Below are positions 50,344 to 62,111 of a stretch of DNA of 62,111 nucleotides, in pieces. The stretch covers positions 54,436,065 through 54,498,175 of the forward strand of contig NC_068996.1 of NCBI RefSeq assembly GCF_001194135.2. The letters are read 5' to 3'. This stretch comes from Octopus bimaculoides (Eukaryota). The position numbers and the translations under genes were made by a program. Within the stretch, counting starts at the first letter, position 1; the number at the start of each line of letters is the position of its first letter. The notes under the pieces are model-generated. The model was not told where the DNA came from. It worked only from the letters and a program-made list of their open reading frames with translations, and searched no databases.

Positions 50344-52215
50344 TGATATTCTAAAGTCAGGAGAAACAAATTTTGAGAAGTATGGTTTCATGCATTCCAT
50401 CTGATAGCATCACAAAGAATTCCTTGGAAGTGTTCAATTGAAGAAAGACTGAAATACGGTTAGAATACTATTTACACAGATATAACCAAATCTTAAAGGA
50501 ACTGTAGATGATCGTTTGGTTAACGACGTTATTTTAAATATTTTTTATTGAAACTACTAAAATGCATTTTTATTCATCATAATTATTGAAGTTTAATCTT
50601 TGTAGGCAACGGATTTTAAAATTTAGGACTTTATGCCTTACATATTTATCTATAAATTTGATTAATTCAAACGATATATGTAATTGATCATTTGTAACCG
50701 ATTTGATAGGATTCTAACGAACGTACAGCTCGTGGTATTTTTTTCATACACATTCCAAACAACTTTAATACAAACTATCTACATAAAATATTTTAAAACT
50801 TTAAAATCACATTTATTAATATTTCAACTGCAATTTATTGCCTTTATTTGAAATTCTAAACCTTCTTTTTGGTGTAACATTGCCACTCCAACAACAAACG
50901 TGCAATACATCATAACTATCTACCATCGACTATTAGATTGCTAAGGTGATTGTTTCCTTCACTATGTGTGATAATGTTGCTAACATCAACACGTAATGTT
51001 TGATTCTGTGTAGTGCCTTCCTGCAGTTGCAATCTTATACAAATCTCAACAATTCTACTATATATATATATATATATATATAATGCTTAATTATAGACAT
51101 TCTGACCTCTTTAATACATTTTTTGCAAATTTAGCCGATAGAGGAAATCTGAGCAGCTTATACTACCGCTTATAATGAACAACAAGTATGAACTCTTTTT
51201 AAAAAAGTAGAATTATGTTATTTAAAAATTACATTGAAAGATTACACAAAAAGTTTAATCAATCAATTAAACTTCGACCAGGCAAGTGTCGTAGAACAAG
51301 AGGTGAAATTTCACTGAGCTCAGCTTGTCATAGTCACGTGACTTTGGTTCCAAACTGAAACTTCGCCTCCACCATTTATGACCTTAGGAAAGTTGTAAAA
51401 ATTTCATTTCTCATTTCCGTAAAAATGAAGAGCCTTTGTGACAAGAAAATAGAAATATATATTAAATTGTAAATAGTTTAATTTTATTCACTGGTAATTA
51501 TACAATGTAGAAACATTTCTCCTGTAAACCAGACACCAGGTAATTACTCCCACTCTCTCCTCGGTTCTGTGATATTAATGACATTTTAGCAGCGATTTTT
51601 CCTGATTTCTGAAGATGGTTACAATTGAATGGTGTTGCAATTATAATGATGACAACCATAATTAATACAAATACTACTACTGCTGCTGCTCTCGGTGTTG
51701 ATGATGATGATAAAGAGGAGGAGGAGGGGAGGAGGGGAGGAAGAGGAGAGAGGGAAAGAGGAGGAGATAGGGGTGGAAGAGGAGATGGGAGGAGGAAGAG
51801 GAGGAGGAGGAGGATGTTGTAGTGGTGGTGCTGGTGGGGAAGGCTCTGGTGATGAATATAATGGTGATAGTAATGGTGGTGGTGGTGGTGGCGGTGTCTT
51901 TGGCGATGATATAAATTTCAGCAGACGGTAGTTGGTTAAAGAGAGCTGCCTTAATCCTTGTGTAAAAGCAACCATGGAAATCCTGAGATTTAGATTAGAA
52001 GTGAATAACTGTTAAGACGCACTAACTTATGAAGATTAGCTGCAAATTATGTACAAATCTACTACAATTCTATTTCTGATTTTCCCCAAACAAATTTGAT
52101 TTTAAATATTTATTCCCTTCACTTCTAACCCAACCAATGTTCATGGGGCTGCCAAAATTACACAGTCTCAAAACTGTAATATGGTGCCATTAGTGACTCA
52201 CTGCTACAACAACGA

Positions 52216-52299
<84 letters not shown>

Positions 52300-52641
52300 C
52301 AGCAGCAGCAGCAACTACAACTACAACAGCAGTAGTAATATCATTAAATGTTCATTAAATCAAATAAAAACCCAAGATTTTTCAGAAATTTAAAATATAA
52401 GAATGGGCTACTGAAAATTCTTCCTGCAAAAAAACACATTGCATTTTTCAAGCATTACAGGAAATAAACGGAAGGGTATAACTTGTAGACTTTAAGGATA
52501 TAGTGTAACGTGTATTTCATATATTGTGTTGCTTCGCAATACAGACTGAAAGTTGTTCAATAAAACGAGACAGAAGAATCGCAGGTACTACAGAATATAA
52601 CTACTATAAAAGCGCTATGTATATAACTGCCATTAATGTAT

Positions 52642-52871
52642 AAGACGGCGAGCTGGCAGAATCGTTAGCATGCCGGCCGGGCAAAATGTTTTAAATGGTA
52701 TTTCTTCCGACTTTACAAATCGGGGTTCAAATACCATTGGAGTCGACTTTACCTTTCATCCTTTCGGAGTTCGATTAAATAAGAATCAGTGGAGCAGTGG
52801 AGGTCGATTGATGTACTCGACTTATGCCTTCCGTCAAAATTGCTTGCCTTATGTCAAAATTTGAAGCCAAT
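52642..52871 (+). mobile_element. SINE family A
   Basis: aagacggcgagctggcagaatcgttagc head; aatgtat on both flanks. Confidence 0.85.
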
Positions 52872-53358
52872 GTATGCACGCTAGTTTCGGTCATTCTGCA
52901 GCAAAATATTCTGAATGACTTCCTAATTCGACGTTACCCAGATTTTTGTATAAAATACGTTATAGAGGATTCGGACGAAATTTAATGAAGTGAGATTATA
53001 TTCCATCATGATGTTCCTAAAATCAGGAAGTTTATCTTTGAAACTGGGATAAATGTATAGCTTACTTTAGCAGTGAAGGTGTATAAAGAATAAATCCTGA
53101 ACGATTGCTCGAATTTAGGAAAAAAAATATTTTAAAAACAACAAAAAGAAAGAAAATTTAACATTTTTTTTCTTGCTTAACCAAATTCACTGCTGCTGCT
53201 GCTACTGCTGCTGCTTCTACTGATATGAATACTATTAGTCATAACCGTGTAATTAAGATGTTCGATTCACAACTATGGAGTTCCGAGTCCGATCCTGATA
53301 TCTTATTCCATTGCCTTACGAACTGGAATTTGGGAAGCGGTAAACGTGCGGAGGTCCG

Positions 53359-53398
<40 letters not shown>

Positions 53399-53644
53399 AT
53401 GTTTACACCGATCTTAACTCTGGTCTAATTTATATTTGTCCCTTCCAATCCAGTTATGTAGCAGGTCGAGACTTAGAGATCGGTAAAACAAGTACCAGAC
53501 TGAAATGAATAGCAGAGTTGATATGATCTACTAATGCCCCGAATATAGAGCACCAGTTTGGCTGCAGTTCAATGAGTGCAACCAAGAAAGAATAAAAGAA
53601 TTAAAGCGTATTCTAATATTCTGTTATTTGCAAATAAATATGAG

Positions 53645-53912
53645 ATTGCTGCTGTTACTACTACTGCTACTACTACTACTACTACTACTACTACTATTAC
53701 TACTACTACTACTACTACTACTATTACTACTACTACTACTACTACTACTTCTGCTTCTTCTTCTTCTTTTTCTTCTTCTTCTTTTTCTTCTTCTTCTTCC
53801 AATTCTTCTTCTTCTTCTTCTTCTTCTTCTTCTTCTTCTTCTTCTTCTTCTTCTTCTTCTTCTTCTTCTTCTTCTTCTTCTATACGAATGTTGTTATTAC
53901 TACTACTACTAC
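53645..53912 (+). repeat. Compound (CTA)n/(CTT)n microsatellite
   Basis: Direct reading. Confidence 0.96.
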
Positions 53913-54653
53913 TATCATCCCACCAGTACACCCCGCAGTTTATACTATCACTACTAATGTGACGATTATTATTGGAACCTCTACAGTTACAATTACAGAT
54001 TACGTTGATGGTTCCATTGCCTATTTTATTAGGCAGCGGCAGAATTTGCTAATTTCCGAGCTGCTTTCCAAAGATTTTGTCATTCGCTAACTAGTATGAT
54101 TAGTTGATTAGTTGATTAGTAAAGTGAAAGAATTCCCACAGTATTCGGTTTTCATAAGCTCTCTACCCATTGTACAACTGAGTTGAAACAAAGGGAGGCC
54201 GGTTTGATTGTAGAGAGGAGACACCTGTGCCACATTCTGACGTGGTCTGCCTTGATGGCTTCTCTCAGTGCATGAGGAGCGATGACGCGGACATCATTAG
54301 TATTTGAACTTAGAACACAAAGTACCAGAACAGACTCTCTAAAGCTTAACGTCTGATGCTCTAACAGTTCTGTTAATCCATCACCCTGGAGAGTTGTTTT
54401 ATTTATCAACTCCGAAAGAATAATTAACAAAGTTAGATTTGTTGACAAAGATAAGGCAGAGGTTCAAAACCACAAGACGTTCTATCCGACGCTGTAATGA
54501 CTTTGTAAATTCTCCAACTGCTACTACTTTCACAACTACTACCACTACTGTTATTGTTAACATTTCTACCGCTACTACTACTCTTACAAAAACCGCTTGT
54601 ATTACTGCTAACATGACTTCTACTATTACTTTACAATTCCTATTACTAACAAC

Positions 54654-54730
<77 letters not shown>

Positions 54731-55019
54731 TAATAATAATAGAGTTTTCACACTCCCAACCACAGAAAAAGAACACACAATGCTGCATATACCCCAGTAA
54801 TACGGGTGTGTAGCAGGTGATGCAGTAGAACTTGGCATGAAACTACCAAATGTTGAATAATAATAATAATATTAATTTCTTTATTGGCCACCAAGGCTCA
54901 ATCATAACAATAATCTTATCTAGTAATATAAAACCCTAAGCAATTATATTGGAAAAGAAATACTCAGAAAAAGAAAATAAAAGTTCTCTCAAGTCTTAAT
55001 GAAATCGATAACTAAGATA

Positions 55020-55510
55020 TGCAATTGAAAACAAAGGGACGAACATTACAAAATATAACACTAAAATATAATATTGCAAACAATTAATACTCGAAATCAA
55101 AGAACAAAACGACCATACTCTGGAATATGCCAACTGACACAAACAGGGAACTCAAAGCTATTCGACCAGATACTGCCAAGAACCATAATGGAAGGAAACA
55201 TCCCATAATGTCGCTTCAAAAAAATCGAGAAATTATCCATAAATATCTGGACATATAGATAACCAGAATGTGGGAATCAAAACAGAAACAGTTCTTACAT
55301 TTACAGGTGCCTTGAGAACTGTTAAAAACTCGCAGACAAATACATGATCAAAAATTCAAGAACTTATATACCCAACATCCAGAAAATAGCACAACTATGC
55401 ACTGAACGCATTTTACGTACAATATTGTCAATACAATAGAAAATAGCAAACCAGAACAAAGCACTGCGACACATCCATGACACAGAGAACTGCGTTGAGT
55501 AGTGAAAACA
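55020..55510 (+). mobile_element. 3' end of an R4/Dong-like non-LTR retrotransposon, among AAT tracts
   Basis: TILWNMPTDTNRELKAIRPD and NIQKIAQLCTERILRTILSIQ* (stop 55437-55439); AAT-rich tracts upstream (54655-54740) and downstream. Confidence 0.78.
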
Positions 55511-55923
55511 CGAAATAAAAATAATGCTACTGAATAACAACAACAATAATAATAATTATTATAATAATAATATTCATAGTAATTCGTTATAATTGCCACA
55601 AGTGTGTTACATGAGTGAAGATTGCAAGGGAGGATTGCAAAAAGTGCTGGTCAGAAAGGTTACATTGAAATAAAATGGAAGAAAATGAGAAATGACGATA
55701 TGACTATACCAAATATGATAATGCCTAAAGGTAATCCCACTGATCCAGGATTATCTAACTACCAAGAGTATGTGTCACCTGCCACCTGTCATTTTCCAAC
55801 CAATAGGTGCATGCTCAAATCAGGCCCATTCACTTGGGCCATTCTTTTTAGTCACACTCATCTTTCAACAAATTTCAAGCTCTGTCTTTCACTCTCTGCT
55901 TCTCTCTCTCTTTCGCTCTCTTG

Positions 55924-55977
<54 letters not shown>

Positions 55978-57832
55978 ACTCTTTCTTTCTCTTCCTCTGT
56001 CCCCACTTCACTTTTCTCATCAAGTGGTACGTGAAAAAGTCAGTGTTTGGTCGAAGGGGAAAATGTCTAAAGTCAGTCTTTTCAGTCGTGTCCACCTAAC
56101 AATCTCTTTCGCCATAACCACCAAATTGAGGAAAACTGCCTACCTTTCCCAGTCAAAGGATGACGGTGGGATAATCATCATGATGGATTTGGCTTACAAC
56201 CTGATCCGTCCTATTCGCAACAATAGCTGGTCAACGAAAATAACAACCGCAACAACAACAACAATAAATATTATAATTATACTTATGATTATAATACGCC
56301 AAAAATAACCGCTTGCAAAACTAGTGGTTATAAGTGCAAAAATGTTAGCAATTGCTGATAAGATATTCAAAGATGTGACTGGAAAATGGCTGAGGTGAAT
56401 AGTTTAAGATGGCTGTCAAACTATTGAAGTAAAAACACTTTTAATTAAACATCGAATTTAATAAGCTTAACAATGACGACAATGATGAAGATGATGATGA
56501 TTATAAGTTTACTGATAAATGATGCTCGTAGATGATGAGAAGAGCGATAAAATATTAATTCCTTTTGACTCTACAAACAGAGCTAATTTTTATAGGTTCT
56601 GAGAGATCGTCGATGGAATAGACTGCAGTACATTATTACTGCGTCATATTTTAACGAATATGGACGAATAAATCACAAATTTGACTCGATACAATTTAAG
56701 CTTAGAAACCTAAAATTAACGAAAATGTTTATCAGTTTGAATTTAGTTCGAGATGCTACAATTACAGTAATCTCTGCCACAAAATATTTATATACTTACT
56801 GATAATTAATGATTACAGTGTTAATAATAAATATTACTTATTAAATAAAATAAAATGTGGCAATGAGCAGCAAAAAGGTAAATAAAGAAAAAAGGTAACA
56901 TTGAGCTGAAGTTAAAACATAGAGAGTTAGATTTCTTATTGTTACATAAGAGCATCAAAAAGAAGCAATCAACTATGACGTCTTAGTATACCCAACGTTC
57001 GTAAAAGCTGGTTTGTACACTGGGGAATTTAAACATCGCAAATTTTGCAATGGAAACCGAGCAATCATGATGAACTATAATGGCACATTTGTCCACTGTC
57101 CAATTTGTCCACTTTAAATTAATATAGCCCGAAATCATTGCGAAGTACTAGAAGAAGAAAATAATTCGCATCTAGAGGATATTACAAAGTCAGCACATTA
57201 GAATATCCCCTTTAAAGGACTGGAGAAATTTTGCAAGACTTAGAAATATACACAAAAAATAGTTTCTAAGATGTAAGCATTCAGAAGTAAAAAAAAAAAA
57301 AAACGCTGTCAACACTGAAGATTCAGAATACTAAAATTCTGCATCATTTTAGTTCTGTTAATGTTTCGTGTAAGTGTAAAGTCTATCTAAAACTACATTA
57401 CAAAGCATACAGGCACTATACATGCACACATGTGCACATATATTTACATGCGCACATATACACATTCATAAACACACTCATATAGAGAGAGAGAGTATAA
57501 AACCGGAACTCAAAGATTTTTTTCCTTTCTATTTTGCACACAACAAAGGCATGAATTATTGAGGTCGATGGTGAAGTCAAAGCATTCAACAATACTTTAA
57601 CAATTATACTAGCAACAGTATTTGAGCAAAACCAACTTATTCCCTTAAAAATCTTCAACACCAATCCCATTTATGAAATCGTTGCCGTCGATAGCACCAA
57701 TACCTGTAGGGGTCTTTACAATTGTACTATAGTTACACATTTACCCTCACTTTAAATTTTCAGACTGGTTACCGTCCCAAATCTGTCTCTTCTCCACCCG
57801 ATGCCTTCTTCATTTGCATAAATGCAAGATAA

Positions 57833-57873
<41 letters not shown>

Positions 57874-57989
57874 CACACATTTTTTAATAGCGCCACCTTA
57901 AAAAAAAGAGAGAATAAAAGAAGATATAAAAGAAAATATAAATGATCTAACACTTTTCACGTTCCTTTCTAATATATTATCCTCTTGAT

Positions 57990-58065
57990 TAAGATAAATA
58001 TACACACACATATATACACAGAGAACGGTACACATGCGCGTGTGTATTTGTGTACATAGATACAC

Positions 58066-58096
<31 letters not shown>

Positions 58097-58208
58097 CGTA
58101 TATATATACACATTGGCTAAACCACCATATACACATAATCATACGCTTATATACGTATACATGTGTATGTGTGTGTGATAAATATGTGTGTGTATACATG
58201 TACATATC

Positions 58209-58267
<59 letters not shown>

Positions 58268-58522
58268 GTGTTATATGTGTAAATATTTACATGTATGTAT
58301 GTGTATATCTATATACACACACGCATATATATATATAGCATATATATAGCACATGTATATACGTCTATTTTTTGTGCGTGTATATTCCAGTGTTTGTGCA
58401 TGTCTATATGTACATATACACATATATTTTTATATGTTTATATGTATGTATGCATGTATGCCTGTGCATACATGTGTTTGTCTATGAAAGCATACACACA
58501 CACACACACATATATATATGTG

Positions 58523-58613
<91 letters not shown>

Positions 58614-58678
58614 ATACATATATAGATAGATAGATATACGTATATATACATGTGTGTGCATATATATTCACACGTATA

Positions 58679-58737
<59 letters not shown>

Positions 58738-59030
58738 GTGTATATACATGCATATATTAGTGTATATATATGTACATATACGTATGTGTGTGTATATATA
58801 TATATAAAATATATATATATATACAAGCATACATATATATACACGCATACACATATATATATACATAACGCATGCATACACACATATTTGCATAAACACA
58901 TATATACATACATACATTCGTTCATGCATACACACATAAATACATACATGCATGCATGTATGTATGCATACATACATGCATACTTTCGTTCATACATACA
59001 CACACACATACATACATACATTTAAATACT
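57990..59030 (+). repeat. Long mixed (TA)n/(CA)n/(TACA)n low-complexity tract
   Basis: Direct reading; all overlapping ORFs are artefacts. Confidence 0.95.
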
Positions 59031-59887
59031 CAGGTTTCATAACATTCCGCAAGTGTATTTGTATTTATACGCACGTGCGTATTGCGTATATTTGTGTAAT
59101 ACGAATTCTTTGTATTCCACTACAGAAACGTCGAACTAAAACGAGCTAGTTCTCATCTGTAGTTATGAGTTTTTTTTCTGGGGAGGGGTGTTTGTTTGTT
59201 TGTTTTTTTTTTGTTTTGTTTTTTGGGGGGTTGTTGTTTTTATATATATATATATATATNNNNNNNNNNNNNNNNNNNNNNNNNNNNNNNNNNNNNATAT
59301 ATATAATGAGATAAATATATTACAAATATGCGAACAATAGCATTATTGATGTTTTAAACTTTAATGTTTCAAACAAGACAATTTCTTCTGGACGTTGTTC
59401 ATACTTTTTTTCACTTATAATATTTTTTTTAATCTTTAAAAATATTCGAAACAAAAAAAGAAAAGAAAATGAAATTTTAATTTTATTAATCACGAACCTC
59501 GCGAATTCACTACCATAAAAAAATAAAATTGTATTGTTGAAACCAAAAGCTGGAGAGTTAAATAAATGGAAATATTGAGACATTGGAACACAAATAAATC
59601 TTTCAGTAAAAAAAAAAACTAATGTGAATAAAGAAAAACTGAGAGAAGAAACAAAGAAAGAAAGAACGAAATGTAAGAAGAAAGGAAATTAAAAACCCTA
59701 ATTGTTGATTTGACTTTAAAATAATTTGGTTTCACTGAAAATATGTTAAATAAATGTAGTTATCACCTATGTGTTGGTGTTACCGATATTCGTCTGGGTA
59801 ACTGAATTTGTTTGGGATAATTTGTTTTTGTTTCAGAAATATAAAATCCAAAGCTTGATTCAATTATTGGTAAGACGAACATTGTGT

Positions 59888-60034
59888 AAGGTGGTGAGCT
59901 GGTAGAATCGCTGGCATGCCGGACAAAATACTGGGCGACATTTCGTCCGTCTTATCATTCTGATTTCCAATTCCACCGAGGTCCACATTGCCTTCCATCG
60001 TTGGGGGCCTTGTGCAGAAGTTTGACACCAATAT
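59888..60034 (+). mobile_element. SINE family A with internal deletion
   Basis: aaggtggtgagctggtagaatcg head and ggccttgtgcagaagtttgacaccaatat tail. Confidence 0.8.
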
Positions 60035-60045
60035 GACAAACTCTG

Positions 60046-60099
<54 letters not shown>

Positions 60100-61369
60100 C
60101 ATGAGTGTTCTTTGTGCGACTCCAGAAGGAGGTGGGGTTCTGCTGCGAAATGCAACTGTTGCTGTTGTTGTTGTTGATGTTGTTGTTGTTTAGCACACTG
60201 GCTCTGAACGAGCAGAAATCTAAGGCCTTCCAATATGTCAAGAACACCATTACCCAATGGGATTTTTTTAAAGAATGTATTGTGATAACGTGTAAGCCTG
60301 AAAGTATATAGATAAGCTGGGTTTTTTGTTGTTCTTTTGTTTTGTTTTGTTTTGTTTTGTTTTTACAGAAGATATAAAATAGTTTGAATACTCTTTTGCA
60401 CAACAATCATCAATGTTGCTTGTGTTATTTTTTGATTGTTGTTGTTACTGTTGTTCTTTCCTTCTTCATCTTCTTCTCCTCCTTCTCCTCCTCCTCCGCC
60501 TCTTCCTTTTCCTCTTCCTCTTCTTCTCCTCCTCTTCCTTATTTTCTTTTCCTCTTCTTCTTCTCTTCCTTTTTATCTTTTTCCTCTTCTCCTCCTCCTC
60601 CTCTTCTGTTTCTTCTTCGTGTTTACATTACTATGCAATTTTGTTTTTAGAATGCTTCATTAAAAGAGTCTATTCTAAAACTTTGACCTTTGTTTGGACC
60701 AATCTCTGTCACCTAAAACTGTATCTCTCTCTTCCCAAATTACAGCAGGAACATAGAATTTCGTTTTACAATCTGACTGTTTTCCCATCAACTAAAACCG
60801 GATCTCAATTTCTCAGATTTAACTCCCTCATCTTCGTTCCGTCCGTGTTGAGAAGTTCGACTAGCCTACAAATATTTTAAAAGAGTGATAACCAAGTTTC
60901 TTGTTCTCTGACTATGCTTCTGATTATTTTAACATCCTCGATAATTCGATGTATTTGAATAGCCCTTAAAACATGTAAACCTTTCGTATTTGATGAATCA
61001 GTGGACACGCAAAAATGCTTATGATTACTGTCATTGGACGTCAACGAAGTCCAACTGAACAGCCTATCGTCAGCCACCAAGGAACATGCTCAACTGGTTA
61101 AGGTCATACAGCTGACAAGAAAATCTGTGGTATTGAGCAGAATATTTGCTGTAGCCCATCTTTTATACGAAAACAAAACAATGTACATGATAACACTTCC
61201 AATCAGTTAAGATCAGAAGCCATGTGAGCCAATGCCTGGTATTATTATTATTACCACCTACACTTTTTTTCTGCAAAATATTATTAGCATTATCCTGCGT
61301 TTGAGAATTTTTTAAAAAATCACTTCTTTAACTTTCTAACATCTTGAATTTGCAGAGGTATTTGTAGTG

Positions 61370-61443
61370 GGGAGTTTAGCTCAATCGGTCAAGCATCGTG
61401 ACGCGTAATCACGGAGATGTGAGTTCGAGTCCACAGCGATCCA
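61370..61443 (+). pseudogene. tRNA-like sequence (anticodon position CGT, Thr-like), probably a pseudogene or SINE head
   Basis: TAGCTCAATCGG A box; anticodon stem CGTGA/TCACG around a 7-nt loop CGCGTAA; GTTCGAGTC B box; T6 run 7 nt downstream. Acceptor and T stems are imperfect and position 33 is G. Confidence 0.55.
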
Positions 61444-61750
61444 CCTACACTTTTTTCTGCAAAATAAGGGTAGTTTATCCTGTTCAGGCTATATTATTAG
61501 CATTATTCTGCATTTGAGAATTTAAAATCACTTCTTTAACTTTCTAAGACATCTCAACGCCTCTAAAAGCAAACTTCGTTTGTTTGTTTACGTTTGTCGT
61601 AATTTGAATTATTATTATTACTATTATCATCTTCTGTCCATTCTATTTCCATTTCTTGCCGACTGTCATCCTGACACCTAGGGCAGAGAAATGCACAGTA
61701 TACATTGGTAGGCCATTAAAATAAACACACCAAATTGTCCGTTTACAAAG

Positions 61751-61806
<56 letters not shown>

Positions 61807-62111
61807 GAGTGAGAGAGCAGCGCATGCCATCAAAATAAAACTGGGGTACAAATATACAAAGCCCATTATACCCATCATGACTACCCGTCTGATAAGGGTA
61901 CACCAGGCACATGCATCACAACCATATGTACGCGACATGGCGATCAAATATCAAGATAAACAGCGCATGACTTTGCAGATGGGGCCCAGTTAGAATTTTC
62001 TTCAGGTTGAGTAACCCATCCCGCACAAAAGGTCCCTGAATAAGGGTTGTTTAAGGATGTTGAACGAAACACCCATATTTCCAATGTTAATTATTCAAAG
62101 CCCAAAGAATT
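61807..62111 (-). mobile_element. (AAT)n-tailed retroposon 3' end, same family as 256-475 (runs off the window)
   Basis: Reverse-complement alignment to 256-475; (att)n tract at 61754-61806. Confidence 0.78.

Noticed and set aside
51619-51975. Pro-rich / Gly-Glu-rich ORFs
   Set aside because: Translation of (GAG)n and (GGT)n tracts; no splice context or domain.
55622-56308. 228-aa ORF
   Set aside because: Spans a (CT)n tract, no recognisable domain or coding-like composition.

Overview
AT-rich, microsatellite-dense animal genomic DNA with several N gaps. The repeat landscape (tRNA-derived SINEs, long AAT/TA/GT/TACA tracts) points to an octopus or other coleoid cephalopod; this is inference. 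The only host gene I can support is the 3' part of an ether-a-go-go (EAG, Kv10/KCNH1-5 type) potassium channel on the + strand. Its last three coding exons are 29852-30104, 45225-45421 and 48766-50202, encoding the C-linker end, CNBHD, intrinsic ligand TYNL, CaM-binding segment and coiled coil. The preceding exon is not visible, so bases 1-29851 are probably one very large intron. The rest is decayed mobile DNA: two Tc1/mariner copies in inverted orientation, several RLE-type non-LTR fragments (R4/Dong-like and CRE-like), RTE and CR1/L2-group LINE fragments, hAT-type MITEs and at least three SINE families. Four observations stand out. (1) A ~600-bp palindromic retroposon built from two back-to-back tRNA-like heads, each arm ending in a minimal hammerhead-ribozyme-like motif, with a 12-bp target-site duplication. 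(2) A SINE inserted between the apparent branch point and the AG of an EAG splice acceptor, duplicating the pyrimidine tract and creating a possible 3-nt in-frame microexon. (3) A second repeat family with a non-canonical hammerhead-like core. (4) A 60-bp-stem hairpin shortly before the last EAG exon. All calls were made by eye; no database search was run.
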